A stretch of 64,000 bases of DNA from Vicinamibacterales bacterium (GCA_038320555.1 JBBQEJ010000006.1:223-64222), one strand, 5' to 3'. Positions 1-14,015 are shown, counted from the stretch's first letter. Notes: generated by a model from the letters alone, not told the origin. Made by a program: numbers and translations.

Positions 1-350
1 TAGTCGCGTTCGTAGTAATTGCCCGCGGCCGCCGTCGAGTGAATGCTGTTCCAGGTGCCGACGTCCGCCGTGATGCCGTGCTTGAGTGCGAAGGCGACGT
101 CCGCGTACGGCTGCGCGATCGTTCCGCCGGAATGCTGACGAATTCCACGGAACAGATACGCGGATGTGAAGTCGAGGCCCGTCGTGACCGTGTAGACCTT
201 CGCGGGCGCACCTTCAGCAGGGGCCGGCGCGGGCGCTGAGGTGGTCGTCGGCGGTTGCGTCGCCGACGCGCTTGTCGTCTGGGCGGACGCTGTTGCCGAC
301 AGCAGCCCTGTTACGCACGCAGCGATTGCGAGTCGTTCTAGAGTTCTCAT
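1..350 (-). CDS. Outer-membrane porin, TorF/Gcw_chp-like; N-terminal part only, the gene runs off the window edge
   Basis: Hand translation of the minus strand from ATG 348-350 (AAGGAG upstream) stays open to position 3. It gives the signal peptide MRTLERLAIAACVTGLLSATASAQ, then GLDFTSAYLFRGIRQHSGGTIAQPYADVAF...GTWNS, matching the YxFRGxxQ...GTW pattern of TorF-type porins. It is absent from the ORF track because the window truncates it. Confidence 0.5.
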   Translation of the reverse strand, partial: MRTLERLAIAACVTGLLSATASAQTTSASATQPPTTTSAPAPAPAEGAPAKVYTVTTGLDFTSAYLFRGIRQHSGGTIAQPYADVAFALKHGITADVGTWNSIHSTAAAGNYYERD

Positions 351-505
351 ATGGCTCCTTCACTCCCGCCGTCGTGCGGCAGGTCCGATCTTTTGGCGAT
401 TCCAAACACTCTGGAGAAGCGTTTCAAAGCCCTTGCATCAAGCTCGGTATTCAGCCGGACGTGGGTCTTGAAACCGCTCGAGCGATCCGCCGCGATGACG
501 CATCG

Positions 506-2143
506 TCAGTCAGCCAGGGGGCGCAGCGCTGTGTGGGCGATGGACGGTTCCAAGGGCCGGGACCGCGGCGCTGCCACGTTGTCGGCCGCCGAGATGGCGG
601 TGTCGGGATATCCAAGCATGCCCATTTCAGGAATGTCGAGGCCTTCGATTTCGACCTCGGCAGGCACACGATTGCCCAGCGTGGCGCCAATCACCTTCAG
701 CGCCAGATAGAACGACGGCATGGCGAAGGCGAAACAGGCGAGAACGCCGATGATCTCGGCAACAAACTGACGGGGATCGCCATAGAACAAGCCCCGGACC
801 GTTCCGGGCACGCCATTGAAGCCATCGCCGTAGGTGCCGTCCGCAAACAAACCAAGGGCGAGCACACCCCAGATGCCGTTGAACATGTGGACGGCAATCG
901 CACCGACCGGATCGTCAACCTTCAACGTCCGCTCCACGAAGAACACGGCCCAGACCACCAGCACACCCGCGACCCCACCGATGATGCAGGCCGATACGCT
1001 GTTGACGAACGCGCAGGGTGCGGTGATCGCGACGAGGCCGGCCAGCATGCCGTTCACGAGCATGCTCGGATCCGGCTTGCCATAACGGATCTGCACGTAG
1101 GCCATCGCAGCGAGCGCGCCAGTCGCGGACGCGAGCATCGTGTTCACTGCGGCCACGGCGATGCGAAGGTCCGTGCCGGCCAGCGACGATCCGGCATTGA
1201 ACCCGAACCAGCCAAACGCGAGGATGAAGGTGCCCGCAATCGCCATCGGCAGGTTATGGCCGGGAATCGCGTTGGGCGAACCGTCTTTGTTGTACTTTCC
1301 GATGCGCGGCCCGAGAACGAACGCGCCTGTGAGCGCTGCTATGCCGCCAACCAGGTGAACGACCGACGATCCGGCGAAGTCGACGTGGCCGTGGCCGAGA
1401 CCGAAGTTCACGCCGAGTTGCGCGAGCCAGCCGCCGCCCCATACCCAGTTCGCGAAGATCGGATACACGAACATCGACAGGACGAAGGAAAATGCGACGA
1501 ACGACGACCACTTCCATCGCTCCGCCATGGCGCCGGTCGGGATCGTGGCGGCCGTGTCCATGAAGACCATCTGGAAGAGGAATAGCGTGAAGACGCCCAC
1601 GTCATACGTGTCGCCGCTCAGGAAGAATCCTTTCATGCCGAACAAGCCGAACGCTTTGCCGAAGAGCGTCAGGGTGAACTCGTGATTCAACCCGGGCGTC
1701 CCGCCCAGCGAGGCGACCGCGCCGACGCCTCCCATCTGCAGGGCATAGCCGCAGATCCAGTAGCCGAACATCCCGATGGCGTAGACCATGAAATTCATCG
1801 TCATGGTGTGCGCGACGTTCTTGGCTCTCGTAAATCCGATTTCGACGAGCGCGAATCCTGCCTGCATGAACATGACGAGGAAGCCCGCGATGAGCGTCCA
1901 CATGATGTTGATGGCGATCTTGCTGTGGCCGACGGCATCCATGACTTCGGCAAGCTGCGGGTTGGCGGCATCCTTGACCGTCAGGTCCTTGGCCGTGCCG
2001 GTTGCGGCGCCGGACGGATCCGCGGCTGGAGCCGCGGCCTGCGCCTGCGCCTGGGCCGTCAACGGGCGCGCCACGGTGGACACAAACAGCGCCAGCGCGA
2101 GCGCTGTCAGCAACACGCGGGTCAGTCGAAGAGCACATCGCAT
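506..2143 (-). CDS. amt: Ammonium transporter (Amt family) with signal peptide and N-terminal extension
   Basis: ORF 506..2173. Amt hallmarks are present: FMQAGFALVEIGFTRAKN, AGSSVVHLVGGIAAL, FGWFGFNAGS, AIAVHMFNGIWG. I prefer the start at the internal ATG 2143 (MRCALRL...), which is preceded by GGAGGA. Confidence 0.95.
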   Translation of the reverse strand: MRCALRLTRVLLTALALALFVSTVARPLTAQAQAQAAAPAADPSGAATGTAKDLTVKDAANPQLAEVMDAVGHSKIAINIMWTLIAGFLVMFMQAGFALVEIGFTRAKNVAHTMTMNFMVYAIGMFGYWICGYALQMGGVGAVASLGGTPGLNHEFTLTLFGKAFGLFGMKGFFLSGDTYDVGVFTLFLFQMVFMDTAATIPTGAMAERWKWSSFVAFSFVLSMFVYPIFANWVWGGGWLAQLGVNFGLGHGHVDFAGSSVVHLVGGIAALTGAFVLGPRIGKYNKDGSPNAIPGHNLPMAIAGTFILAFGWFGFNAGSSLAGTDLRIAVAAVNTMLASATGALAAMAYVQIRYGKPDPSMLVNGMLAGLVAITAPCAFVNSVSACIIGGVAGVLVVWAVFFVERTLKVDDPVGAIAVHMFNGIWGVLALGLFADGTYGDGFNGVPGTVRGLFYGDPRQFVAEIIGVLACFAFAMPSFYLALKVIGATLGNRVPAEVEIEGLDIPEMGMLGYPDTAISAADNVAAPRSRPLEPSIAHTALRPLAD

Positions 2144-2215
2144 GGGCGTATTTCCTCCGCAGGTAATGATCATGAACGCCGTCCGCCGGAAGAAGTCCGG
2201 TCGTCGTTCACTAGA

Positions 2216-2230
2216 GCAAGTTCAACGCCA
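2216..2230 (-). promoter_or_regulatory. Candidate sigma54 (-24/-12) promoter for amt
   Basis: The minus strand reads TGGCGT-TGAAC-TTGCT. GG and GC are separated by exactly 10 nt, as in the TGGCAC-N5-TTGC consensus. It lies about 70 nt upstream of the amt ATG. Confidence 0.45.
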
Positions 2231-2360
2231 CCCCCCTACCGACATTCATGCATGGCCACTTCTCGCAAATTCAGGCCTGAGATCTGCGATCCGGGGGGCC
2301 ATGGATGCGCAGAACGACACTGAAAAGGGTGACAATTCGAGCCAGTCGCTTGCGAATGAT

Positions 2361-2374
2361 AGACATTTTTGTCT
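2361..2374. promoter_or_regulatory. Perfect palindrome AGACA-TTTT-TGTCT; candidate enhancer or operator site upstream of amt
   Basis: Read directly in the sequence, about 140 bp upstream of the candidate sigma54 promoter. Related AGACAWTTTTG copies occur at 2519-2526 (inverted partner at 2553-2560) and at 2630-2641. Confidence 0.35.
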
Positions 2375-2714
2375 GATATAGATTTCTTGATGCGATCCGC
2401 GTGGGCCCCCATCGAACAGCGCGATACTTCGGGGCGTTAACAGGAATTGAGGTCAGGAAGGAGAGACCTACCGGGCCGCCACGTCTAACACCGGGTTAAC
2501 AGGTGGAGTGGGCGAAGAAGACAATTTTGGCGTTATGAAAACTTCGCTACAGAATTGTCTTTCTTATTCGACTTCGCGGGAGGGGGCGGGTCAAAACACA
2601 GGGACTACCGTGAAGACACGCGAACAGACAGACATTTTTGTGGATCGTTGGCCCAACAAAAACTCCGTACCCTTTGGCGTTCGTGTTCTGAGTCTTCCCC
2701 GGCCCCTTCGTCGT

Positions 2715-4155
2715 CTATGCGACGGCTGCGGGCAACTGCGACGCACCCATCAGGTATGCGTCCACGCCCCGGGCGGCGCTGCGGCCGTCCGCGATCGCCC
2801 AGACGATGAGCGACTGGCCGCGCTGCATGTCGCCGGCGGCGAAGATGCCCTCTTCGCTCGTCATCCAGTTGGCGTCGCGCCAGACGGTTCCGCGCTCGGT
2901 CATCCGCACGCCCAGCTCGGACAGGAGCGATCCCCGCTCGGGGCCCAGGAAGCCCATCGCCAGAAGTACAAGGTCCGCTTTCACGTCGAACCCGCTGTCG
3001 GGCAGCGGCACGAACCGCATCCGCCCGGCCTCCCGCAGCATCTCCCCCCGCACAGCCTGGATCGCCGCAACGCGGCCCTGGGTATCCCCGACGAAACGTT
3101 CGGTCGAGACCGAATACAGCCGTTCGCCGCCCTCCTCGTGCGCCGAGGACGTCCTGAATATGGCCGGCCACTGCGGCCACGGGTTGTCGGCCGCGCGCGC
3201 CTCAGGCGGACGTGCCATCACCTCGAACTGGGAGACCGACAGCGCGCCCTGGCGGTGCACCGTGCCCAGGCAGTCCGCTCCGGTGTCTCCCCCGCCGATA
3301 ATCACGACGTGACGCCCTTCGGCCGAAATGAACTCCTCAGGGGGGACCGTGTCCCCTTCGCAGAGGCGGTTCTGCTGTGTCAGGTAATCCACCGCGAAAT
3401 GGATGCCACCGAGATCGCGGCCGGCGATTGGCAGGTCCCGAGGCAATGTCGCGCCGCCGCACAGAACCGTCCCATCAAAACCAGATCGCAGAGCGGACGC
3501 GGGCATGCCGCCGCCGACGTCGACGCCCGGGCGGAACACGACCCCTTCCTGTTCCATGATCGCCAGCCGTCGATCAAGAGACCGCTTTTCCAGCTTGAAC
3601 TCGGGAATTCCGTACCGCAGCAATCCACCGATGCGATCGGCGCGCTCGAAAACCGTTACCGAGTGCCCCGCGCGGTTCAACTGGTCGGCCGCGGCGAGCC
3701 CGGCGGGCCCTGATCCGACGACCGCCACACGGCGTCCGGTGCGCCCCGAGGGGGGATGCGGCCGAATCCACGCCTCCTCGAACGCGCGCTCCACGATCGC
3801 CAGCTCGATGCTCTTGATCCTGACGGCGTCGTCGTTGATGCCGAGCACGCACGATCCTTCGCACGGCGCGGGACAGAGCCGCCCGGTGAATTCAGGGAAA
3901 TTGTTCGTGGCGTGCAGCCGCTCGCTGGCGGCCTGCCAACGGTTGCGGTACACCAGATCGTTCCAATCCGGAATGAGGTTGCCGAGGGGACACCCCTGGT
4001 GGCAGAACGGGATTCCGCAGTCCATGCAGCGCGCGCCCTGCTGCTGCATCTCCGCGTCGGCCTCGACCAGATAGACCTCTTTCCAGTCGCGGACGCGCGA
4101 CTCGACAGGCCGTGCATGCGGCTTCGTCCGGCGGATCTCGATGAAACCGGTCGGC

Positions 4156-4163
<8 letters not shown>
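2715..4163 (-). CDS. gltD: Glutamate synthase small (beta) subunit, NADPH-dependent
   Basis: ORF 2715..4199. It has [11 protein letters not shown] near the N-terminus, the Cys cluster [10 protein letters not shown]...CPLGNLIP, and the [14 protein letters not shown] and [13 protein letters not shown] dinucleotide folds. The likely start is GTG 4163 (VGKPTGF), which overlaps the gltB stop; ATG 4199 is the alternative. Confidence 0.93.
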
Positions 4164-8742
<4,579 letters not shown>

Positions 8743-8838
8743 CGCACCGCAGGCGCAAAACGGAATCTACAGATGCCATCCATGCATTCTGCTTCTGTGC
8801 TCGTTATGCACGCAGCGCATGGACAGCATCAGTTTCTT

Positions 8839-8874
8839 GGGGTCAGACCGGGGTCAGACCGGGGTCAGACCCCC
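8839..8874. repeat. Three tandem copies of the 11-mer GGGGTCAGACC (arms GGGGTC/GACCCC are inverted)
   Basis: Read directly. It abuts the stop codon of the M14 gene and lies upstream of gltB. Confidence 0.9.
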
Positions 8875-11800
8875 TAGCGCGTGGTTGTCGTCGGGGCCGG
8901 TGTGGGCCGCGGTGAGCCAGCCAGATCGTTCCAATTCAACAGCGTGTTGAACACCATGTTGAACTCGCCGTGGTTCTGCCATCGGTAGATCGGATTGTTC
9001 GCAAACAGGACGACGCGCCCTTTGCCGGTGTATCCACCCGGCACGTCCACCGCAAATGGCCGCTGGCGGATTTCGTCGGCACCTTTCATGAGACCACTCA
9101 ACACCGCGGCGTCGCCGCCGACGTAGCGCGCGAGAACGCCCGATTGATCGGGAGGCCCGACAGACATCAGCGGGCCGCCAAGATACTTGACCGGCATGAT
9201 CCGCTCCGTATAGCCGTAGAACACGGGATGATCGAGACGGATCACCTCGGCATTGACGATTGGACGGGGTGCGTAGAAGTCCCGCGACGTCGAACCCGAA
9301 CCGTCCACAGTACGCGCCAGCCCCAGCTCGGTTGGAAAGCGCACCGCGTCGCCCATTGCGACGAGTGTGCCCCCCGCATCGAGGAACTTCGCGAACGCCT
9401 CCACGCCTTCGCCGCCCATGCCGCCAGTGATGTCGGGTGACTCGCCATACATGCCGAGAAATTTGTACTTGGCGTCCTTCACGTACGGGACCGGACGGGC
9501 CGCGGGGGGTTGAAAGACGGCCTGGCGTGTCGCCGTTTGCGTCGGCATCACGATGACGTCGTACGCGGCGCGCAGGTTGCCCTGCCTGACGCGCTCCTTG
9601 TAAATGAGATCGTACGGAATGCCGAACCGGTCGAACGTGTACCGCACCCAGCCGATTTCCTGAGTATTGTTCCACGAGGAGTACATCGCGATGCGCGGCG
9701 GGTCGGCATCGTGCATCGCGACCGGCGGCGGCGCGGACAACGACGCGGCCGTCAGCCCGAGCTGCTCGATCGCCCGGCGGACGGCTCCGAGATCGGCCGG
9801 CGGCACAATGACGAACGACCCGGCCGGAAAGTCAATACCTTCAGCGCTGAAACTCTTCTCCGCAATCCTCATCGGTACGGTCCGCAGCCTGTAACGGAAC
9901 GCGATCATGTTGTTCGAGCCGAAATGCGCGACCGCAATGCCCGCCGTGCCGCCGCCTGCAACCTTCCCTCGAGTCGTGACCTTCTCTACAGGTGTCGTGG
10001 CGACATCAAGGATGGCCCGGTCCTTGATCTCCTTGACCTCCACAAGCATCGCCAGGCCCATCGTCCAGCCGCTGTCGTCATAAGTCCGCAGCTCAGGATC
10101 GGGATAGCTCTGCTTCTCGAGAAGGTTTTTCGCCAGCCGGCCGTAGGGCTGATCGCGCTTGATCACGTACGAACCGGCCGGAAACGTTCCGTCGCTCGTT
10201 TTGATGTCGCCGGCCGCCTGGCCAACCTCGATGCGCTGGAGGCGCAGGATGTTCACGAGCTCCGCCGCCTTCGTCATGTCACGCTGAACCGGAATGACGA
10301 ACCCGAACGGCGGGTCCTTCTTGCCCGATTCAATCGAGTTCTGCGTCTTCTGGTAGAAGTTTTCGACGACGAGGTTGGGGAACGACGCGGTCAGCTGCAG
10401 CGCGCTGAGGACGCCCGTCTCCATGTAGTTCGTGTTGTTGCGGCGGGAAAAACCGGCCGCTGCGCCTGGCGGAATCGGGAGCCCGCGGTACCACTCGCGC
10501 GGCTGGCCGCCGCCACGACCCGTGGGAGGACCGGACGCACGGCCGCGGCCGGCAAACACGTCCGGCCCGCCAGCGTCCCCTCCGGCGGCGGCGACTTCGT
10601 TCGCTCGTCCCCCTCTGGCGCCGCCCCCAGTGTCAGGCCCAGGGCGGGAGCCGGCTGGCGCCCCTGTTTGAGGCGGGGGCAAGCTGGGGTCCGACGCCGT
10701 GCTCTGGGGAGCGGGGTCAGACCCCACCGCCGGCGGAACGGGGTCAGACCCCAACCCACGGCCGGGGCCACCGGCGCCACGCCCGCCCGGCCCGGCCTCG
10801 CGGCCCGACTGCGTTTCGTACATGCGCATCATGCCGTTGTGGTTATACGACACAGACCCCAGGTATCCCGGCGACCAGCCGTCCATGAACGCGTGCGTGT
10901 ACACGCCAGGCATCCCCCACTTCGTCATCTGCGCGAGCTCGAAGTTCGAGAACCAGGGAAGCTCCGCGAAGAGAATGGGGTCGAGGTTCGGGTTCTGCGG
11001 GGCGGCGCCGCTGTAGGTGTACATCAGCGCCTGGGCTTCATGGAGGTCGTGCATGATCGGTGGATGCGCCGTGAAGTACCAGTCCACGAGCGCACGCATC
11101 GAAACCTGTGAGAGATTGATGTCGCGGTTGTTGTCGTGGTAGACATACTTCCCCCAATATGGAAGACCGCCGCCACCGCCGCCTGCGACCCCGGCCGTCG
11201 CCGGCGGGCCCGTCGCGGCCGGCGCGGTCTGCGCCGCGGTCTCGAGACCACGATTGAACCAGTCCACGTTGCGATCGCGGCCGTCGGCATCAGCCACGGG
11301 CGTCACCGAGACGATGACGTTGTCACGGATTTGCTTGATGAGCGGCGACGTCTCAGTGGCGAGCCGGTAGACGAGCTCCATCAGCATTTCCGACGGGCCC
11401 GTTTCACCACTGTGGAGGCCCCCCATCAGGTGATAGTGCGGCCGGGTCGTGGCAATGAGCTGCTTGATTTGTTCCGGCGAGAGGCCGCGCGGATCCGCGA
11501 TCTTCGCCAGGTTGTCGCGGTTCCTCTGAAGGTTCCTCATGTTGTCGTCCGACGACACCCAGACGACCACCAACTCGCGGTCCTCGTCAGATCTGCCGAT
11601 GGTCTCCATGCGCACACGCGGCGTCGCGGCCGCAAGCGCGCGGTAGTACTTCAGGATGTCGGCGTAGTAGGTCAACGTTGCAGGCGCGCCGATGTGGTGG
11701 CCGAGCACGTCTTTCGGCGACGGAATCCCTTTGACCTTCGGCAGATGATCGACGAGCGGACTGCTGTAGTACGGCGCCGTCGTCCACCCGGCGACGAGCC

Positions 11801-11945
11801 GGGCGAACTCCTCGTCCTGCGGCTGCGCCGGGTCGCGGGTCTCGGTGACCATCTGCTGCGCCGGTATCGAAATCGCGGCGGCGAGAATGGCGGCACTCGC
11901 AACCAGCCCAGAGCAGCGCCGGCGGTACGTCTGTTCGACGCTCAT
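8874..11945 (-). CDS. Large exported M14-family (zinc carboxypeptidase-like) protein with a Gly/Pro/Arg-rich insert
   Basis: ORF 8874..11966. I prefer ATG 11945, which is preceded by AAGGAG. It has a signal peptide and the HxxE zinc motif in GGLHSGETGPSEMLMELVYRL. It is a paralogue of 36623..39457. Confidence 0.75.
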   Translation of the reverse strand: MSVEQTYRRRCSGLVASAAILAAAISIPAQQMVTETRDPAQPQDEEFARLVAGWTTAPYYSSPLVDHLPKVKGIPSPKDVLGHHIGAPATLTYYADILKYYRALAAATPRVRMETIGRSDEDRELVVVWVSSDDNMRNLQRNRDNLAKIADPRGLSPEQIKQLIATTRPHYHLMGGLHSGETGPSEMLMELVYRLATETSPLIKQIRDNVIVSVTPVADADGRDRNVDWFNRGLETAAQTAPAATGPPATAGVAGGGGGGLPYWGKYVYHDNNRDINLSQVSMRALVDWYFTAHPPIMHDLHEAQALMYTYSGAAPQNPNLDPILFAELPWFSNFELAQMTKWGMPGVYTHAFMDGWSPGYLGSVSYNHNGMMRMYETQSGREAGPGGRGAGGPGRGLGSDPVPPAVGSDPAPQSTASDPSLPPPQTGAPAGSRPGPDTGGGARGGRANEVAAAGGDAGGPDVFAGRGRASGPPTGRGGGQPREWYRGLPIPPGAAAGFSRRNNTNYMETGVLSALQLTASFPNLVVENFYQKTQNSIESGKKDPPFGFVIPVQRDMTKAAELVNILRLQRIEVGQAAGDIKTSDGTFPAGSYVIKRDQPYGRLAKNLLEKQSYPDPELRTYDDSGWTMGLAMLVEVKEIKDRAILDVATTPVEKVTTRGKVAGGGTAGIAVAHFGSNNMIAFRYRLRTVPMRIAEKSFSAEGIDFPAGSFVIVPPADLGAVRRAIEQLGLTAASLSAPPPVAMHDADPPRIAMYSSWNNTQEIGWVRYTFDRFGIPYDLIYKERVRQGNLRAAYDVIVMPTQTATRQAVFQPPAARPVPYVKDAKYKFLGMYGESPDITGGMGGEGVEAFAKFLDAGGTLVAMGDAVRFPTELGLARTVDGSGSTSRDFYAPRPIVNAEVIRLDHPVFYGYTERIMPVKYLGGPLMSVGPPDQSGVLARYVGGDAAVLSGLMKGADEIRQRPFAVDVPGGYTGKGRVVLFANNPIYRWQNHGEFNMVFNTLLNWNDLAGSPRPTPAPTTTTR

Positions 11946-12182
11946 CCATCTACTCCTTGGAGGCACGGGCTAGAGGTCCCCGCGTCAGCGGGGCGTAATC
12001 AAGCACGTGGCGTAGCGAGGCGGAGCCTCCATGGTCTGAGGCGCAGCATCTCTAGTGCGCGCGGGCCGATCACGGTCGTCCGGGGGGCGATTCTAACAGA
12101 CCCGCCAGCGCGTCCCGGCTGCGGCGCTGCGCTGCGGCTATAATTCGAACGCGGGAATGAACTTGCCGGCGGCGGGGTTTGG

Positions 12183-12857
12183 ATGGCTATGAAGAAACAA
12201 GCCGTAACGCTGATGGCCACGTGGATCGTCGTCGCCGCCCTGAGCGCGTCAGCCTTTCCCGATCCTGTCAAAGACATCCGGACGACCGTGCCTGCGCCGC
12301 CGCAGACGGCGGTCCTCGCTGGCGGTTGTTTCTGGGGCGTGGAGGCCGTGTTCGAGCAGCTCAACGGCGTCCGGGATGTCGTCTCAGGCTTTGCCGGCGG
12401 CAGCCAGCTGACTGCGCACTACTCGGTCGTCAGCAGCGGAGTGACCGGCCACGCCGAGTCGGTTCAGATCACGTACGACCCGGTGAAAATCAGCTACGGA
12501 CAATTGCTGAAGGTCTTCTTTGCCGTCGCGCACGACCCGACTGAATTGAACCGCCAGGGCCCCGACGAAGGAACGCAGTACCGCTCGTCCATCTTTTATG
12601 CGAACGATGAACAGAAGGCGGTCGCCGAGGCATACGTCAGCCAGCTGACGGGGGCGCGCGTCTTCACCAAGCCGATCGTGACGACCGTCGTACCGCTCAA
12701 GGGGTTCTATCCGGCCGAGGACTATCATCAGAACTTTCTGGCGCGAAACCCTGACTACCCGTACATCGTCGCCAACGATCTCCCCAAGCTTCGCGCGCTC
12801 AAGGCGGAGTTTCCCGAGCTGCTGAAGGCCACGGCGGCGGCCCAGAAAAAGAAGTAG
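12183..12857 (+). CDS. msrA: Peptide-methionine (S)-S-oxide reductase MsrA, apparently exported
   Basis: It has the GGCFWGVEAVF active-site motif, GHAESVQITYDP and YHQNFL. An N-terminal hydrophobic signal is present. Confidence 0.93.
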   Translation: MAMKKQAVTLMATWIVVAALSASAFPDPVKDIRTTVPAPPQTAVLAGGCFWGVEAVFEQLNGVRDVVSGFAGGSQLTAHYSVVSSGVTGHAESVQITYDPVKISYGQLLKVFFAVAHDPTELNRQGPDEGTQYRSSIFYANDEQKAVAEAYVSQLTGARVFTKPIVTTVVPLKGFYPAEDYHQNFLARNPDYPYIVANDLPKLRALKAEFPELLKATAAAQKKK

Positions 12858-12866
12858 GATGCTTCG

Positions 12867-13460
12867 CTAGGCGAACGCGCGCTGTTTGATGGTGAGGAGA
12901 AGCGACATCAGGGCTACCGCCAGCAAGGTGCCCCGCTCGCTGAAGAATACCTCTCGCCACGGATGCAGGGGCGTCACGGCGAGCAGCGCCGCGCGGGGCG
13001 GCCACCGCGGCATCCACGCCCTGACCTGTCCCGCATAGTCATCATACGCGGTCAGGTACTTGCTTCGGATGAAGGCAGCTTCCCAGCCGGCGATCGCTCG
13101 ATACTGCACGAAGAATACAATCCAGGCGATCGGGAGCATCCAGAGGAGTCGCGACCAGACGGCAAAGCCTGTCCACAGTAGCCAGTTGCCGACATACAGA
13201 GGATTCCGCACGATCGCGTAAGGTCCAGCCGTCATGAGTGGACCGTACCGTGTGGTTCGCGTCCGGGAGATAGTTCCGATATGTCGAACCGCCCACAGTC
13301 GTAACGACTGGCCGCCAACCACGAGAAGGGCGCCGGCGGCCATGAGGGCCCTGCCGTCAACTTCTCCTGATCGAATGAGCAACAGCATCAGGGCGAGCGG
13401 TACTGGGAGAAACGATCGATAGCGGAACAGCCACGCCCCGGTTGGGGCTTCTGAAGTCAT
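12867..13460 (-). CDS. Isoprenylcysteine carboxyl / phospholipid methyltransferase-family membrane protein
   Basis: ORF 12867..13481. It has the motif GPYAIVRNPLYVGNWLLWTGFAV and multiple TM segments. I prefer ATG 13460 over the TTG at 13481. Confidence 0.65.
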   Translation of the reverse strand: MTSEAPTGAWLFRYRSFLPVPLALMLLLIRSGEVDGRALMAAGALLVVGGQSLRLWAVRHIGTISRTRTTRYGPLMTAGPYAIVRNPLYVGNWLLWTGFAVWSRLLWMLPIAWIVFFVQYRAIAGWEAAFIRSKYLTAYDDYAGQVRAWMPRWPPRAALLAVTPLHPWREVFFSERGTLLAVALMSLLLTIKQRAFA

Positions 13461-13483
13461 CGGTTCGATAGTACCATCCAAAC

Positions 13484-13837
13484 ATGCGGTTCCTGCTGCG
13501 CCTGCTTCTCAACGGTTTGGCGATCATGGTCGCCGCCTGGTTCGTGCCCGGCGTACGGCTCGCCGGCATGGTCCCCGCAATCTTCGCGGGCATCCTCCTT
13601 GGACTCGTCAACGCGCTGGTTCGACCGGTTCTCCTTCTCCTGACGTTTCCATTCACGCTGCTGACGCTCGGCCTGTTCATTTTCGTCGTCAACGCGATCT
13701 GTTTTGCGTTGACGGCGGCGCTCGTGCCCGGTTTCGATCTGAGCGGGTTCTTCGCAGCCTTCTTCGGAGCGCTCGTCGTCACAATGGTCAGCTGGTTGCT
13801 GAACGCGCTGCTGGCTGACGATTCAAATCGCAGGTAA
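13484..13837 (+). CDS. Small 4-TM membrane protein (phage holin family IV / YvlD-like)
   Basis: 117 aa starting MRFLLRLLLNGLAIMVAAWFVPGVRL, with four hydrophobic helices. The family call is from memory of PF04020-type proteins. Confidence 0.55.
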   Translation: MRFLLRLLLNGLAIMVAAWFVPGVRLAGMVPAIFAGILLGLVNALVRPVLLLLTFPFTLLTLGLFIFVVNAICFALTAALVPGFDLSGFFAAFFGALVVTMVSWLLNALLADDSNRR

Positions 13838-13841
13838 GTAA

Positions 13842-13911
13842 CAGTTGCCAGTAGCCAGTTGCCAGCTCCCAGCCTCCAGCTCCCGGCCCCCAGCTTCCAG
13901 CTGCCAGTCGC
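13842..13911. repeat. Ten degenerate heptamers CAGNNNC (cagttgc cagtagc cagttgc cagctcc ...)
   Basis: The 7-nt periodicity is read directly. The array lies in the convergent spacer between 13837 and 14011. Confidence 0.85.
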
Positions 13912-13945
13912 AAGACGCTTCTTCCGCCTGAAGGCAGAAGCCACA

Positions 13946-14015
13946 AAGACAGATCGAACCGCGAATCGCGAACCGCCAGCCGCGAACCGCCAGCCGCCAA
14001 CCGCGAGCCGCTAGC
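13946..14015. repeat. Ten degenerate heptamers NANCCGC (gaaccgc gaatcgc gaaccgc cagccgc ...)
   Basis: Read directly. The last units overlap the stop and the final codons (AASG*) of the LysE gene. The same GAACCGC unit recurs at 42841-42875. Confidence 0.85.

Noticed and set aside
8743-8838. Sigma54 promoter upstream of gltB (TGGCAT at about 8775 on the minus strand).
   Set aside because: The -12 region does not contain GC at the correct spacing, so I could not support any promoter call here.
13842-14015. CRISPR array interpretation of the tandem repeats (also at 21021, 41033, 42781, 44837, 49839 and 61461).
   Set aside because: The units are 7-11 nt and directly adjacent with no unique spacers. 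No cas genes are in the window.
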